From Ignavibacteria bacterium (GTDB lineage Bacteria; Bacteroidota; Ignavibacteria; Kapaibacteriales; UBA2268), in assembly GCA_037445895.1 (NCBI GenBank), contig JBBIJO010000004.1, forward strand, positions 79,839-143,838: 64,000 nucleotides of DNA, in the 5' to 3' direction. Below are positions 19,755 to 29,597 of this stretch, piece after piece. The notes beneath the pieces are model-generated. The model was not told where the DNA came from. It did no database searches and worked only from the letters and a program-made list of their open reading frames with translations. The stretch's first letter is position 1. Each line of letters begins with the position of its first letter. The position numbers and the translations under genes were made by a program.

Positions 19755-20263
19755 ATTATTTGTTTTTTCAATTTATCGAGAAAAAATTTTGGGGGTTTCA
19801 CAGCACGAAAACCATCGATTCTAACAAAAGTATGTATTGTATGTCCACAAGCAATTTCCTTGCCTTCGCAAAAAATTTGATAGTCGAATCGAATCCGAGA
19901 GCCAACGTTGTGTGGATTGAATCGTGTAGCAATATTCAGCAAATCATCGTAATGTGCGGTTCCTTTCCATTCGACTTTTGCTTCGAGCAAAGGAAGAAGA
20001 AATCCATTGCTTTCGAAATCTTTATATGGAATTCCGAAATGGCGCATCAACTCAGTCCTCCCAATTTCAAAATAGCGAAGATAATTCCCATTGTAAACAA
20101 TCCCCATTTTGTCTGTGTCGGCATATCGAACACGAATTTGGAATGTATGTTCCCAAAACAAGTTGGTAGCAATATTGTTTTCTCGGGTTATATTGTTTTC
20201 GTTGGAAATCATACGTTTTCTCCTTCGAGTAAATACAAAGGTAATAAAAATTTCATATAACAT
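19748..20263 (-). CDS. Acyl-CoA thioesterase, YbgC/4HBT hotdog family
   Basis: Hotdog-fold thioesterase N-terminus with catalytic Asp (VRYADTDKMGIVYNGNYLRYFE). Confidence 0.7.
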   Translation of the reverse strand: MLYEIFITFVFTRRRKRMISNENNITRENNIATNLFWEHTFQIRVRYADTDKMGIVYNGNYLRYFEIGRTELMRHFGIPYKDFESNGFLLPLLEAKVEWKGTAHYDDLLNIATRFNPHNVGSRIRFDYQIFCEGKEIACGHTIHTFVRIDGFRAVKPPKFFLDKLKKQIIW

Positions 20264-20612
20264 TTCCGAATAAAAGGAGTTGCCGAAACATAGAGAAGCC
20301 TTTTATCTGCTATTGTGTGCCTCGAAAAGCAAGGTTGCAAAGCAGCCGAATAGTTTGGATTGGCAGTTCTTATTTCGTCGAAGGTTTCCATAGTGCATAA
20401 ATGTCCGAGAATTTTTTATGTCCCGATTTTATTCATTTCCAGATACTTACTTTCTCATTTTGGCGCGGTTTAATCGATACCATTCCTTTTGCCCCATTTC
20501 GTTATAAACCATATTGATGTTGTAATTCCATATCATATATGGTAATAATTTAAGATTGGTTGTCTTTTTTTGCATTAGCGACCACTTCCAACTTATGTGT
20601 AATCTAAACATA

Positions 20613-21602
20613 TCATTTTGCATCGGCAAGAAGTTTTTCGATGATGTGTGGTGTTGGAATATTTTCTGCTTCGGCATTAAAGTTTGTTACCAATCGATGC
20701 CGCAAAACGGGCAAAGCAACAGCGCGAACGTCGTCAATCTCGGGGGTATAGCGACCCTGCATTGCTGAACGTGCCTTCGCTCCAAGAATCAAATATTGCG
20801 AAGCACGAGGTCCAGCACCGTAACTAATATAATCCTTAATGTATTTTGGGGATTCGCCATTTGGACGTGTCGAACGCACAAGACGAACCGCATAGTTGAC
20901 AACATTATCGGCAACTGGGATTTTTCGAATCAGGTCTTGCAATTCTATTATTTCGTCGTTGTGCAAAACTTTATCGACCTTTTGGGTAATCAAAGAAGTT
21001 GTGTTTTGAACAATTTCGACTTCTTCTTCGAAATTGGGATAATCCAACCAAAGGTTGAACATAAAACGGTCGAGTTGGGCTTCGGGCAGTGGATACGTTC
21101 CCTCTTGTTCGATTGGGTTTTGTGTGGCAAGAACAAAAAATGGCTCGCTAAGTTTGTATGTGGTTCCTGCGGCAGTTACTTCGTGTTCTTGCATTGCTTC
21201 GAGCAAAGCAGACTGAGTCTTGGGGGGAGTTCTGTTAATTTCGTCGGCAAGAATAATATTTGCAAAAATTGGACCTTTAACAAATTTAAAACTTTTATTT
21301 CCTGTTGAAATATTCTCTTCAATTATTTCTGTTCCAGTTATATCCGATGGCATAAGGTCGGGAGTAAATTGAATACGGCTGAATTTTAAATCCAAAGCGC
21401 TCGCAAGAGTTCGTATCATTAAAGTTTTGGCTAATCCCGGAACTCCAATCAGCAAACAATTGCCACGAGCAAACAGTCCCATTATCAATTGTTCGACGAT
21501 AGACTTTTGTCCGACAATGACTTTTGCGACTTCCCGTTGAACATTTGCAATGGACTCGGAAAAATATTTCAGTTGTTCGATTTCGTTCGCTTCTTTCAAC
21601 AT
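20613..21602 (-). CDS. MoxR-family AAA+ ATPase
   Basis: Walker A GVPGLAKT, Walker B/sensor region LADEINRTPPKTQSALLEAMQE; about 330 aa, typical of MoxR. Confidence 0.85.
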   Translation of the reverse strand: MLKEANEIEQLKYFSESIANVQREVAKVIVGQKSIVEQLIMGLFARGNCLLIGVPGLAKTLMIRTLASALDLKFSRIQFTPDLMPSDITGTEIIEENISTGNKSFKFVKGPIFANIILADEINRTPPKTQSALLEAMQEHEVTAAGTTYKLSEPFFVLATQNPIEQEGTYPLPEAQLDRFMFNLWLDYPNFEEEVEIVQNTTSLITQKVDKVLHNDEIIELQDLIRKIPVADNVVNYAVRLVRSTRPNGESPKYIKDYISYGAGPRASQYLILGAKARSAMQGRYTPEIDDVRAVALPVLRHRLVTNFNAEAENIPTPHIIEKLLADAK

Positions 21603-22033
21603 AACTACTCGAAATTAAAAATGAAATTGACGAGTTGCTCGAAGCAAAATTGAACACCAATGAAAAATAAATAATATTTCTACGAAAAAAGAGTGTGCAT
21701 CGAAAATCTTTCGTTGCACACTCCATTGAGAAACTAAAATGAAAAAAATACAAAAACTAAATTAACATTTTTTTTATTTTTTTGGAAGTGTTAACATAAT
21801 AAATCTACTGTTGTGATTGCCCGAACTTTAAACGTATTAGATTAAACTTTGCTTCATATCCAACCAAAGTTGGAATCCAAAAGTAAATTGGAGTAACAAA
21901 TGTCGCCTCGGTCTATTCATAATTCGTCATCACCATTTTCAACCGTGTGTCGAAGGTATTAATCTTGGGGAAATCTGTGAATTGTAACTATTCCCCGACT
22001 TTTAAAGATTTGAATTAAATATCAAATATTGGT

Positions 22034-25000
22034 CTAGCTAATTGTTGTTAGTATTTCCTTTGCTTCCTGATTGTCGGGTTCGAGTTTTAGAGTCCAGCCG
22101 AGCATTCTTTTAGCCTCGTCGAAATCTTTGACTCGAAGGAAGCATTTCGCTGCACCTAAAAATGCGAGTGAGTTGTTGGGGTTAAGTCTTTTTGCTTCTG
22201 TGAAAAGTTGCAAACCGCTATCGTAATCGTTCATTTCGAGCATAATATTGCCCATATCGACAAAAAGGACATCCAGCGAATACCCAAGAACGGAATCGAA
22301 TCGTTCGTCTTTCCAGCGAGCAACCAAGTCGGAATATTTTTCTAATGCAGAAACAATATCGCCTTCGTTTTGAAGTATTTTTGCTTCTATATATAATGTG
22401 TCGATATTATTTGGTTCGCTTTGTCTTACTTTTTCAAGGTAAGACTTTACATTTTCTAGATTGGCAAGCAGAAATTCTGTGATTGCCATTCTTAGATAAA
22501 GAAAAATCTTATATTTTTCGTTTAGCGATTCGATATTAGGAATAATTCGATGATATAAGTCTTTTGCCTGTTCGAGGCGACTGCTGCTGAAAAATTCTTC
22601 TGCTTCGCCGAGCAGGATTTGCTCGTCACATTTGTCAGTCAGCGTTTCGAAGGATTTTTGAGCAATTCCTTTCCCATAAAGAGCGTCGATTCTACTTAGA
22701 ATCTTCAATGTCGAGCGTTTCCAAGTCCAAAGCGTTCGGGCATACTTCGAAGCAATTAATCCTCGAACAGTAATATCCGATGGATTTTGATAAATTGCAC
22801 GCATCAGCCCGGAAAGATAATCTCCGTCGGGTTCAAGGATAAAAGCTTCACCAACAAGTGGGTCGTTGTCGATTTGGCTGCCTATTGAAATTTTATACGA
22901 AGGGATTTTCCACGCAAAGGAATCAAGGACAAAATCTTCTGTGGCTCCATTTTGAGTAACTATGACGGGTAAACCACAAGCCATTGCTTCCAAAGTTGGC
23001 AACGAAAATCCCTCGCCACGATAAGGAGAAACGAAAACATCGCAAGCACGAAATAGACTTGCTATTTCCTCTTCGGCTAAATAATCCTTGATATAAATAA
23101 TTTCTGGGGTATTCGGTGTTCGTTTAATGGTTTCGATTTGCTCTTCGGCAGTTTGGCCCTTGTAAAACGACTCGGTCCCCATATCTTTGACGACAAGTGT
23201 AACATTGTCCTTCGAGGTAAATGTGCTTACGTAACTTTGAAGTAAAATGTCGATACCCTTCCGATATGTAGTTCCCCCGACGTAAAGGAATTTTAAACGT
23301 TTGTCTGTATTTAAACGGAATATTTTGCCTTTGGGTTGAAAGAGTTCGGGGTCGATTCCATTCGGAATTACCTGAATTCTGTTAAAATCGAGTCCACTAT
23401 TAATGAATGCTTGGCGTGTATAATTCGATGGAACCCATAGTTCGTCGGCATTCTTGAATATTTCTACGAAGCGTCGCGGGAGAGTTGTAAATTCCCAAGG
23501 TTGCATAATTACCCATTTGGCACCTTGTGGAGCATCCGCTTTGGGGGGCCATTGGTGACGAATCCACAGATAAGGTAATTTTTTTACCTCCATTGGGGGT
23601 TCTTGCTTGTATCTAATATCGTATCGAGCAAGTTTTTCATATTTTACATTTCCCGCCGGTTGAAATTGCTCGGCTTCGTATGGAATAATTGTAACCTCTA
23701 CTTGCCCACTATCAATTAAGTTAGAGCAATGCTCCCTATTGATTAAAGCAAGAGAATGGTAAACAAATTGCGAACCTTCCCAAACCACGTTTAGGCAGGG
23801 TGTAGATTTCGCGTGGGATTCAGAAGCCGAAGGTTTTTTGGAGAATAGTAAGTTCTCTTCCATTCTTGTCTCGCCTTTAATGTTGTTTTTGCTTTCTTCA
23901 ATATTTTCTGTGCTCGTAGAATACTCAATCAATTCTCGAAGGTCGGTTATTTCGAACTCTTTTGATTGGGTCTCAATTTCTTCGGATTCTGGGATAGGTT
24001 GTTTCTGTGTTAGTTGTTCCTTTTCTCTTTGTTCGTCCATAAATTCCTCCAATGTAACCGGCTTGCGTGCTTTAAATTCGATTTCGTAGCGGGTAAAATC
24101 ATTTGTATCTTCTTTTATTTCCAGACGAATAACTTCGAACCCAGCAGTTTGAAAGTGCCTATGAACGTCAGCCGGTAGGAATTTTTCACCGATGGAAGGA
24201 ATTTGAATTTTTTTCTCTTGTTGAAGCAGTTTGGGTGTTATTAAGAGTTCGTATTCCCTTGCCGTTATAGGGACTTTATTACAAAGTGCATTGTAAATTT
24301 TGAGAATATGCTCAATGTAATCATTGAACGAATGAAGAGGGAGAAGCGATTGCCGCATCGCCTCCATTTTATCTCGATTTAGGTTGCAATAATGAATTGT
24401 GGCAACAAGGGCGTCAACAGAGTCGTGTTCGTAAAGGAGACCGTTGACTCCATCGACAACGAAATCGGGAACACCTCCAATATTGGCTGCTACGAGCGGA
24501 AGTCGCATTGCATTCATTTCGAGGAGAGCAAGAGGGGCACAATCTTCCCATATACTCGGGAAAATCCCTATGTCGCTCGATGTAGCAATTTCCTCTAACA
24601 TTTCGGGTTTGTATTCACCATGGAATTGGATAATATGTTTTTTGTCGATTTGTTGGAGTTGAGCGAGGTATTTATTGCTAACAAATCCATAAATATGGAA
24701 TTCCACATCGTTTGGAATAAAATATTGGGCTGCTTTGGCAAGGATGTGGGCTCCTTTGTGTGGCATTACGCCACCAATCGAAACATATCGCAATCGTTCG
24801 GGGAGGCGTCTTGTCCCTTCCGATTTTAGTTTTTCGCTTTGCCAGATTTTATCGACAATTGGGTGGACTTGGTGGACAACAGCGATTTTTTCGTTTGCAC
24901 CCGAAAATTCCGTTAGCAGTTCTTTTTGCCTACGGGAAACAGCAAGCGTGATGTCCACCCACTCGTTCAATATCCGACGACTTGTTTCTTGGCGTTGTTC

Positions 25001-27073
25001 GTATTCTTTTAGCTTATGTGGATTCTTTTGGACAAGTTCAGAATTCGACAAGAAATCTGTATCGCTCCATAGTGTCAAATCGGGGTTAAATAAATACAGA
25101 TTGGGGTCTATTAAATGATAATTATGTGGGGTATAAAGAAGAGGAATATTGTATTCTTTTGCAACTTTGGGTAGGGCGAGAGTAAGTCCGTGAAAATTAT
25201 GGAAGTGTATAACATCGGGTTGTGTTGCTTCAACAACTTGCCGGAATTTCTCGACTACTTTTTCATCTAATATCTCTCTTTGAGGATTGTCGGGGTCGTT
25301 GAAAGTTGCTGGTCGATTGAAAAGCCCAAAAAGACGGACATTCCCTTCGTTTTGCTCTTCGAGTGAATATGGGGGGAAGGATGTATCGTAGCGAAGTGAA
25401 GCATAGAATACAGAAATTTCGAAACCCCGGCGAGAAAGTTCTTGTGCTACCGCGCGTGGGAATGTTGTTCCCCCTCCCGTCTCTTTCCACCCATACATTA
25501 CAAATAGAATCCTTTTCAATTGCTTCACTGGTTTGTCTTCTTTTGTTGTTGTAATAATTTTAGATAGGAGCATATTATTGGGTATGACGCCGATAGGAAT
25601 TTTTGAATTATCGAAAGAATGTTCCGAAACAAGCGTTTCGTTTGCCCAATGTAATTGCATTTCGCTAAAAAGTTTAGGGTGCTTTAAAAGAATTTTTGCT
25701 TTTTGGCGAGCGTCTTCCGAAAAATTGCCAGCAAAGTATATGTCCTTTGCGAAGAAACTTGTGAATAAAGGCTCTGGAACACGAATCCCACAACCACCAA
25801 ACTCTCCAGCTTTCAACCAGAAATCCCAAACTGAATATCCCGAAGGAAGCGCCTCATCGTAGCCTCCAACCCGAAGGACAAGTGCTCGCGGAAGCAAGTT
25901 TGTGCAGGGAAGGTAGTTAAATTTTTTTAGTTTTTCGAAGTTGTAATCTAAACTCTGGACTATTCTTTGGTTGGAGCTTTGGTAATAGTCGGAATAAGCA
26001 AAATAATTAGGAGAATAGTTATTCAAGATAGAGACAAGTTTTGTAATAAAGTTTGGAGAAATCTCGTCGCCTGAATGAATAAATGCAATATATTTCCCAT
26101 TAGCTATTCTGCTTAATAGGTTGCGGGCTTGCGTTTCGCGGTCTATCGGATACGATTTCTCCGGTTTCAAAATTTCGAAATTTGTATGTGTTTGGTATTG
26201 AATGGAGGTTAGGGTCCTTTGAATTTCTTCTTTGGTAGTTGTTTGAGGAATTAACACAACTATTGAAATTAAATCGTTGAAAGGATTATTGAAATGGTAG
26301 GGGAGTTGTAGCCTTTCCTGCGTCGAAAATAGTCTGACCGTGTTTTCCCCAAATAATTTACTAAGTTTATCGAGCTTCCAATGGAATGACAATTCTATAT
26401 TTTGCTGTTCTTGATTCAAATCCTGTATGGTAACCGAATGCAGACCAAGAATCATTTCTGCTTTTTCGAAATTTAAAACGCTTTCGATAGCGTTTTGCCA
26501 AAAATTGGTATTGATTTCGTCGAGACTATTGCCTTCGAAAGGCAAGATTTTTTCGGATATACTTTTTCGAAAGATAAATGTTGATGGGAAAATCGCAGAA
26601 CCTTTGTCGAATTGGTCTATCTCGTTCGGAAAAGTTGTAGCAACATTTGTGGCTGTATTTTCGAATATTTCTTGTTGGTCGGTTGTGATTAGCTCGTCGG
26701 AGAATACCCCTTCGAGATGGGGATTAATTTCCATATAATTCGACAGTAATGTCAACGCATCCGGGCGTAATATGCAATGCGGAAATGAAATTGCGATATA
26801 TTCACCTTTTGCATTTTGTATGGCAAAATTTAAGCGTTCTGCAATTGCTTCATCCTTTTCGAGCACTCGTATCGAAAACACATCGAAAAAGTTTCGGCAA
26901 AAATTTACGACATTGATGATTTCATTCGATTTAGGAACTACTATTAAAATTTCGAGTAGATTATTTTTGAATAATGTCTGTTTGCTAAAATTGTAGAATT
27001 GGTTCCGAAATTCGGTTTCGTCGCCTTCGGCAATTATTATTGCTGTAACCTTATGTTTAGTCGTTTCATCCAT
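22034..27073 (-). CDS. Giant multidomain glycosyltransferase: two GT2-like domains, two GT4 (group 1) domains, an acidic linker and C-terminal TPR repeats
   Basis: 1679-aa single ORF. N-terminal GT2-like segments (TAIIIAEGDE...; ISIVVLIPQTTTKEE...YIAFIHSGDEI). GT4 segment DVIHFHNFHGL ... EDCAPLALLEMNAMRLPLVAANIGGVPDFVVDGVNGLLYE. Second GT4 segment SPYRGEGFSLPTLEAMACGLPVIVTQNGATEDFV. C-terminal TPR-like helices. Confidence 0.7.
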   Translation of the reverse strand: MDETTKHKVTAIIIAEGDETEFRNQFYNFSKQTLFKNNLLEILIVVPKSNEIINVVNFCRNFFDVFSIRVLEKDEAIAERLNFAIQNAKGEYIAISFPHCILRPDALTLLSNYMEINPHLEGVFSDELITTDQQEIFENTATNVATTFPNEIDQFDKGSAIFPSTFIFRKSISEKILPFEGNSLDEINTNFWQNAIESVLNFEKAEMILGLHSVTIQDLNQEQQNIELSFHWKLDKLSKLFGENTVRLFSTQERLQLPYHFNNPFNDLISIVVLIPQTTTKEEIQRTLTSIQYQTHTNFEILKPEKSYPIDRETQARNLLSRIANGKYIAFIHSGDEISPNFITKLVSILNNYSPNYFAYSDYYQSSNQRIVQSLDYNFEKLKKFNYLPCTNLLPRALVLRVGGYDEALPSGYSVWDFWLKAGEFGGCGIRVPEPLFTSFFAKDIYFAGNFSEDARQKAKILLKHPKLFSEMQLHWANETLVSEHSFDNSKIPIGVIPNNMLLSKIITTTKEDKPVKQLKRILFVMYGWKETGGGTTFPRAVAQELSRRGFEISVFYASLRYDTSFPPYSLEEQNEGNVRLFGLFNRPATFNDPDNPQREILDEKVVEKFRQVVEATQPDVIHFHNFHGLTLALPKVAKEYNIPLLYTPHNYHLIDPNLYLFNPDLTLWSDTDFLSNSELVQKNPHKLKEYEQRQETSRRILNEWVDITLAVSRRQKELLTEFSGANEKIAVVHQVHPIVDKIWQSEKLKSEGTRRLPERLRYVSIGGVMPHKGAHILAKAAQYFIPNDVEFHIYGFVSNKYLAQLQQIDKKHIIQFHGEYKPEMLEEIATSSDIGIFPSIWEDCAPLALLEMNAMRLPLVAANIGGVPDFVVDGVNGLLYEHDSVDALVATIHYCNLNRDKMEAMRQSLLPLHSFNDYIEHILKIYNALCNKVPITAREYELLITPKLLQQEKKIQIPSIGEKFLPADVHRHFQTAGFEVIRLEIKEDTNDFTRYEIEFKARKPVTLEEFMDEQREKEQLTQKQPIPESEEIETQSKEFEITDLRELIEYSTSTENIEESKNNIKGETRMEENLLFSKKPSASESHAKSTPCLNVVWEGSQFVYHSLALINREHCSNLIDSGQVEVTIIPYEAEQFQPAGNVKYEKLARYDIRYKQEPPMEVKKLPYLWIRHQWPPKADAPQGAKWVIMQPWEFTTLPRRFVEIFKNADELWVPSNYTRQAFINSGLDFNRIQVIPNGIDPELFQPKGKIFRLNTDKRLKFLYVGGTTYRKGIDILLQSYVSTFTSKDNVTLVVKDMGTESFYKGQTAEEQIETIKRTPNTPEIIYIKDYLAEEEIASLFRACDVFVSPYRGEGFSLPTLEAMACGLPVIVTQNGATEDFVLDSFAWKIPSYKISIGSQIDNDPLVGEAFILEPDGDYLSGLMRAIYQNPSDITVRGLIASKYARTLWTWKRSTLKILSRIDALYGKGIAQKSFETLTDKCDEQILLGEAEEFFSSSRLEQAKDLYHRIIPNIESLNEKYKIFLYLRMAITEFLLANLENVKSYLEKVRQSEPNNIDTLYIEAKILQNEGDIVSALEKYSDLVARWKDERFDSVLGYSLDVLFVDMGNIMLEMNDYDSGLQLFTEAKRLNPNNSLAFLGAAKCFLRVKDFDEAKRMLGWTLKLEPDNQEAKEILTTIS

Positions 27074-27267
27074 TTGACGAATTGTTCAAAATTAATCATT
27101 CATATTTGAGACTTCTATTTTTGGCTAATTTGTGGTTAAAAATAGCCAACATTTCAACCTACCAAAGTTTCTAAAAATGAACAGAAAACAAATATTATGC
27201 CATTATAACTTAAAAGTTTTTTAATTTTGATTTTTGAACGGTTTTTTAATCTTAAGGTAATATTACT

Positions 27268-27816
27268 ATGGATGCTTATTCAATAGAGCGAAATACTCTC
27301 GGCAAAGAAATCTTCCGTCTCTCATTTCTTCGAGGGACTTTTAAATTGCGTTCTGGAATAATTAGCAATGAATATTTCGACAAATACCAATTCGAAAGTA
27401 ACCCTCTTATTTTAAACGAGATAGCCAAGCATTTATCGAGGTTATTGCCCGAGGATTTCGATGCATTTGCAGGTTTAGAAATGGGGGGCATTCCTGTTGC
27501 AACAGCAATGTCGTTACTGTTATCGAAGCCTGTGGTATTTGTTCGGAAGAAGGCAAAAGAATATGGAACAATGAAGGTTGCCGAAGGAATGGAAATTTTG
27601 AACAAAACGCTTGTGGTTGTCGAAGACGTTGTTACAAGTGGAGGACAGGTGGTCGAAAGTGTTCTCGAATTGCGTCGGTTCGGAGCGAAAGTGGAATTAG
27701 CTTTTTGCATAATAGATCGTGAACAAGGCGGTAGAGAAAATCTTTCGAAAATTGGAATCGAATTGCGTTCATTGTTCAAAATGTCCGAATTAAAAGCACT
27801 TTCACAGCAAAGTTAA
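27268..27816 (+). CDS. pyrE: Orotate phosphoribosyltransferase
   Basis: PRPP-binding motif VVEDVVTSGGQ; about 180 aa, type-1 PRTase. Confidence 0.8.
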   Translation: MDAYSIERNTLGKEIFRLSFLRGTFKLRSGIISNEYFDKYQFESNPLILNEIAKHLSRLLPEDFDAFAGLEMGGIPVATAMSLLLSKPVVFVRKKAKEYGTMKVAEGMEILNKTLVVVEDVVTSGGQVVESVLELRRFGAKVELAFCIIDREQGGRENLSKIGIELRSLFKMSELKALSQQS

Positions 27817-28193
27817 CAAAAAGCTGCATTAATGGGGTGGATAGAAATTGCCAATTCCGCCCGAAATATAAAAATTTCGTCTTCGTTCGGAATTACCTTT
27901 CACAAGTCCATAAGTTTTTTTGTTCCTCTCGAAGGGTTTTCTTTCAATATCCAACTATAGCTACCAACATAGTTACCAAGAGGCAGACAACCTTGCATCA
28001 ATATCTTGACGTATGTAACTTGTGCAACCCGTGCTGAAAAGAATAGAGGAACAAAGAAGAATGAAGCATAGGGAATGCGGCGAAGATGTGCGACAACGTT
28101 GCTCTGCAAATTTATTTTTCATATTTCAAATTTTTCGTAATAGTTTCGTCTATATTATTTATTTTTGTTTATGTTGAACAAGGATTGTTAAAT

Positions 28194-28892
28194 ATGAAAA
28201 GAGGACTTGCATCGTTCGAAAACCCATCGTTGGCGGTTGCTTTGCAATCGTTCATTCAAAAGACTTATGCCTGGATGGTTGGCGGTTTACTCGTTTCGGG
28301 ATTGACTGCGTGGGGTGTTGCTTCGAGCACCGCTATTGAATACATTGCAATGAATCCTGGACTTCTGTTCTTTCTTTTTTTGGCGGAGATTGGTTTAGTA
28401 TTTTTCCTTTCTGCACGAGTAATGAAACTTCAAACAACAACCGCTGGGTTCCTTTATATCCTCTATTCTTTCCTGAATGGGCTTACTTTATCTTTGATAT
28501 TTTTGATTTATACATCGGCAACTATCCAGAATGTGTTTTTCACAACCGCTGCTCTTTTCGGGGCGATGAGTTTTTATGGCTATACTACCAAAAAGGATTT
28601 GACGAGTATTGGGAGTTTTTTGATGATGGGGTTGTTTGGTGTTATTATAGCAATGGTGATAAACATATTCATTGGAAGTAGTGCAATAAACTTCGCAATT
28701 TCCTTAATTGGCGTAGTGGTTTTTATTGGTTTAACAGCCTACGATACACAAAAATTAAAAGAAATGTTCTACACTTTGAGCGAAGATTCCGAAGCATTGG
28801 GTAAATACTCAATAATGGGTGCTCTTACTCTCTATTTGGATTTCATTAATCTTTTCCTGTTCTTGCTGCGACTATTCGGAAGGCGCGATTGA
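28194..28892 (+). CDS. Bax inhibitor-1 / YccA family membrane protein
   Basis: Seven TM segments. The N-terminus MKRGLASFENPS...FIQKTYAWM is typical of BI-1/YccA. The ORF track extends to 28086, but the family length favours the ATG at 28194. Confidence 0.65.
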   Translation: MKRGLASFENPSLAVALQSFIQKTYAWMVGGLLVSGLTAWGVASSTAIEYIAMNPGLLFFLFLAEIGLVFFLSARVMKLQTTTAGFLYILYSFLNGLTLSLIFLIYTSATIQNVFFTTAALFGAMSFYGYTTKKDLTSIGSFLMMGLFGVIIAMVINIFIGSSAINFAISLIGVVVFIGLTAYDTQKLKEMFYTLSEDSEALGKYSIMGALTLYLDFINLFLFLLRLFGRRD

Positions 28893-29410
28893 TGCCCAAG
28901 ATTTCGCCCTCGGAACTGATTTTACAAGCAGACCGTAAGTTCCAAATCGGCAACTACGACGAAACGATAGCCCTTTGTCGCAAAGGAATTACAAGTTTCC
29001 CGGATTTCCCTTCTTTCTATTCCTTGCTTTCGCAGGCATATATTAAACTTGGGCAAATACGTGAAGCAATTGGAATCGTAGAACAAGCAATTGAACTATT
29101 CCCATTTCAAAGAACTTTCCAATTTTTACTCGATAGTTTAAATAACGAAATTGTCTCGACCTCGAAAGAATCTATTGGGTTGAGCATTCATCGTCCGAGT
29201 TCCAAAAGATATGCAAAAGTGATTCAATCGGTAATTGCTTCGATGCCTTTCGGAATTGTTTCGCAATATTTTCCGTATAGCCGTCGAAATATTTTTGTGA
29301 ATGCCCCAAGAAATTACTTTGCTTCTCGAATTGATTTACAGGATTTCCCTAAACCTCGAAATATCGGGTTACGCAACTCAATTTCGAGATTAATTAATCA
29401 AAATTTCTAA
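28889..29410 (+). CDS. Hypothetical protein with N-terminal TPR-like helices
   Basis: ATGA overlap with the upstream stop; TPR-like segment FYSLLSQAYIKLGQIREAIGIVEQAIELFP. Confidence 0.4.
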   Translation: MMPKISPSELILQADRKFQIGNYDETIALCRKGITSFPDFPSFYSLLSQAYIKLGQIREAIGIVEQAIELFPFQRTFQFLLDSLNNEIVSTSKESIGLSIHRPSSKRYAKVIQSVIASMPFGIVSQYFPYSRRNIFVNAPRNYFASRIDLQDFPKPRNIGLRNSISRLINQNF

Positions 29411-29597
29411 AATCTAAAAAATCTCTTTCCAGCTTGAGCAAACCCAAATAAAATCAGGATTGAGAAAGTAGGCGTGGTCTCTTATTTTCCCTTGCAGTTA
29501 CCTAACATTAAAGTTAATCCGCGGGCTAATCAATTTTTCGATTAGTTCAAAGCGGCAGATAAATGAACCGGATTAACTCTATAGCCAATTACGATGA

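Noticed and set aside
20264-20612. 349-bp gap and small ORFs between the thioesterase and MoxR genes
   Set aside because: I looked for ncRNA-like structure or a partner gene for MoxR. I found only AT-rich sequence and short ORFs without motifs.
21319-21753. 144-aa ORF overlapping the MoxR 5' end and the upstream gap
   Set aside because: It overlaps the MoxR N-terminus on the same strand in another frame and has a low-complexity composition. Likely spurious.
23838-26996. Numerous 60-130-aa plus-strand ORFs
   Set aside because: All are antisense to the continuous 1679-aa glycosyltransferase ORF and lack starts with RBS or motifs. Typical shadow ORFs.
27817-28193. Inverted repeat AATTCCGcccgaa...ttcgttCGGAATT and small ORFs (27837-28037 plus strand; 27900-28109 minus strand) between pyrE and the BI-1 gene
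   Set aside because: The hairpin has a roughly 20-nt loop and no U-tract. The small ORFs lack a ribosome-binding site or motifs. Probably just promoter/UTR sequence. A small RNA cannot be excluded but is unsupported.
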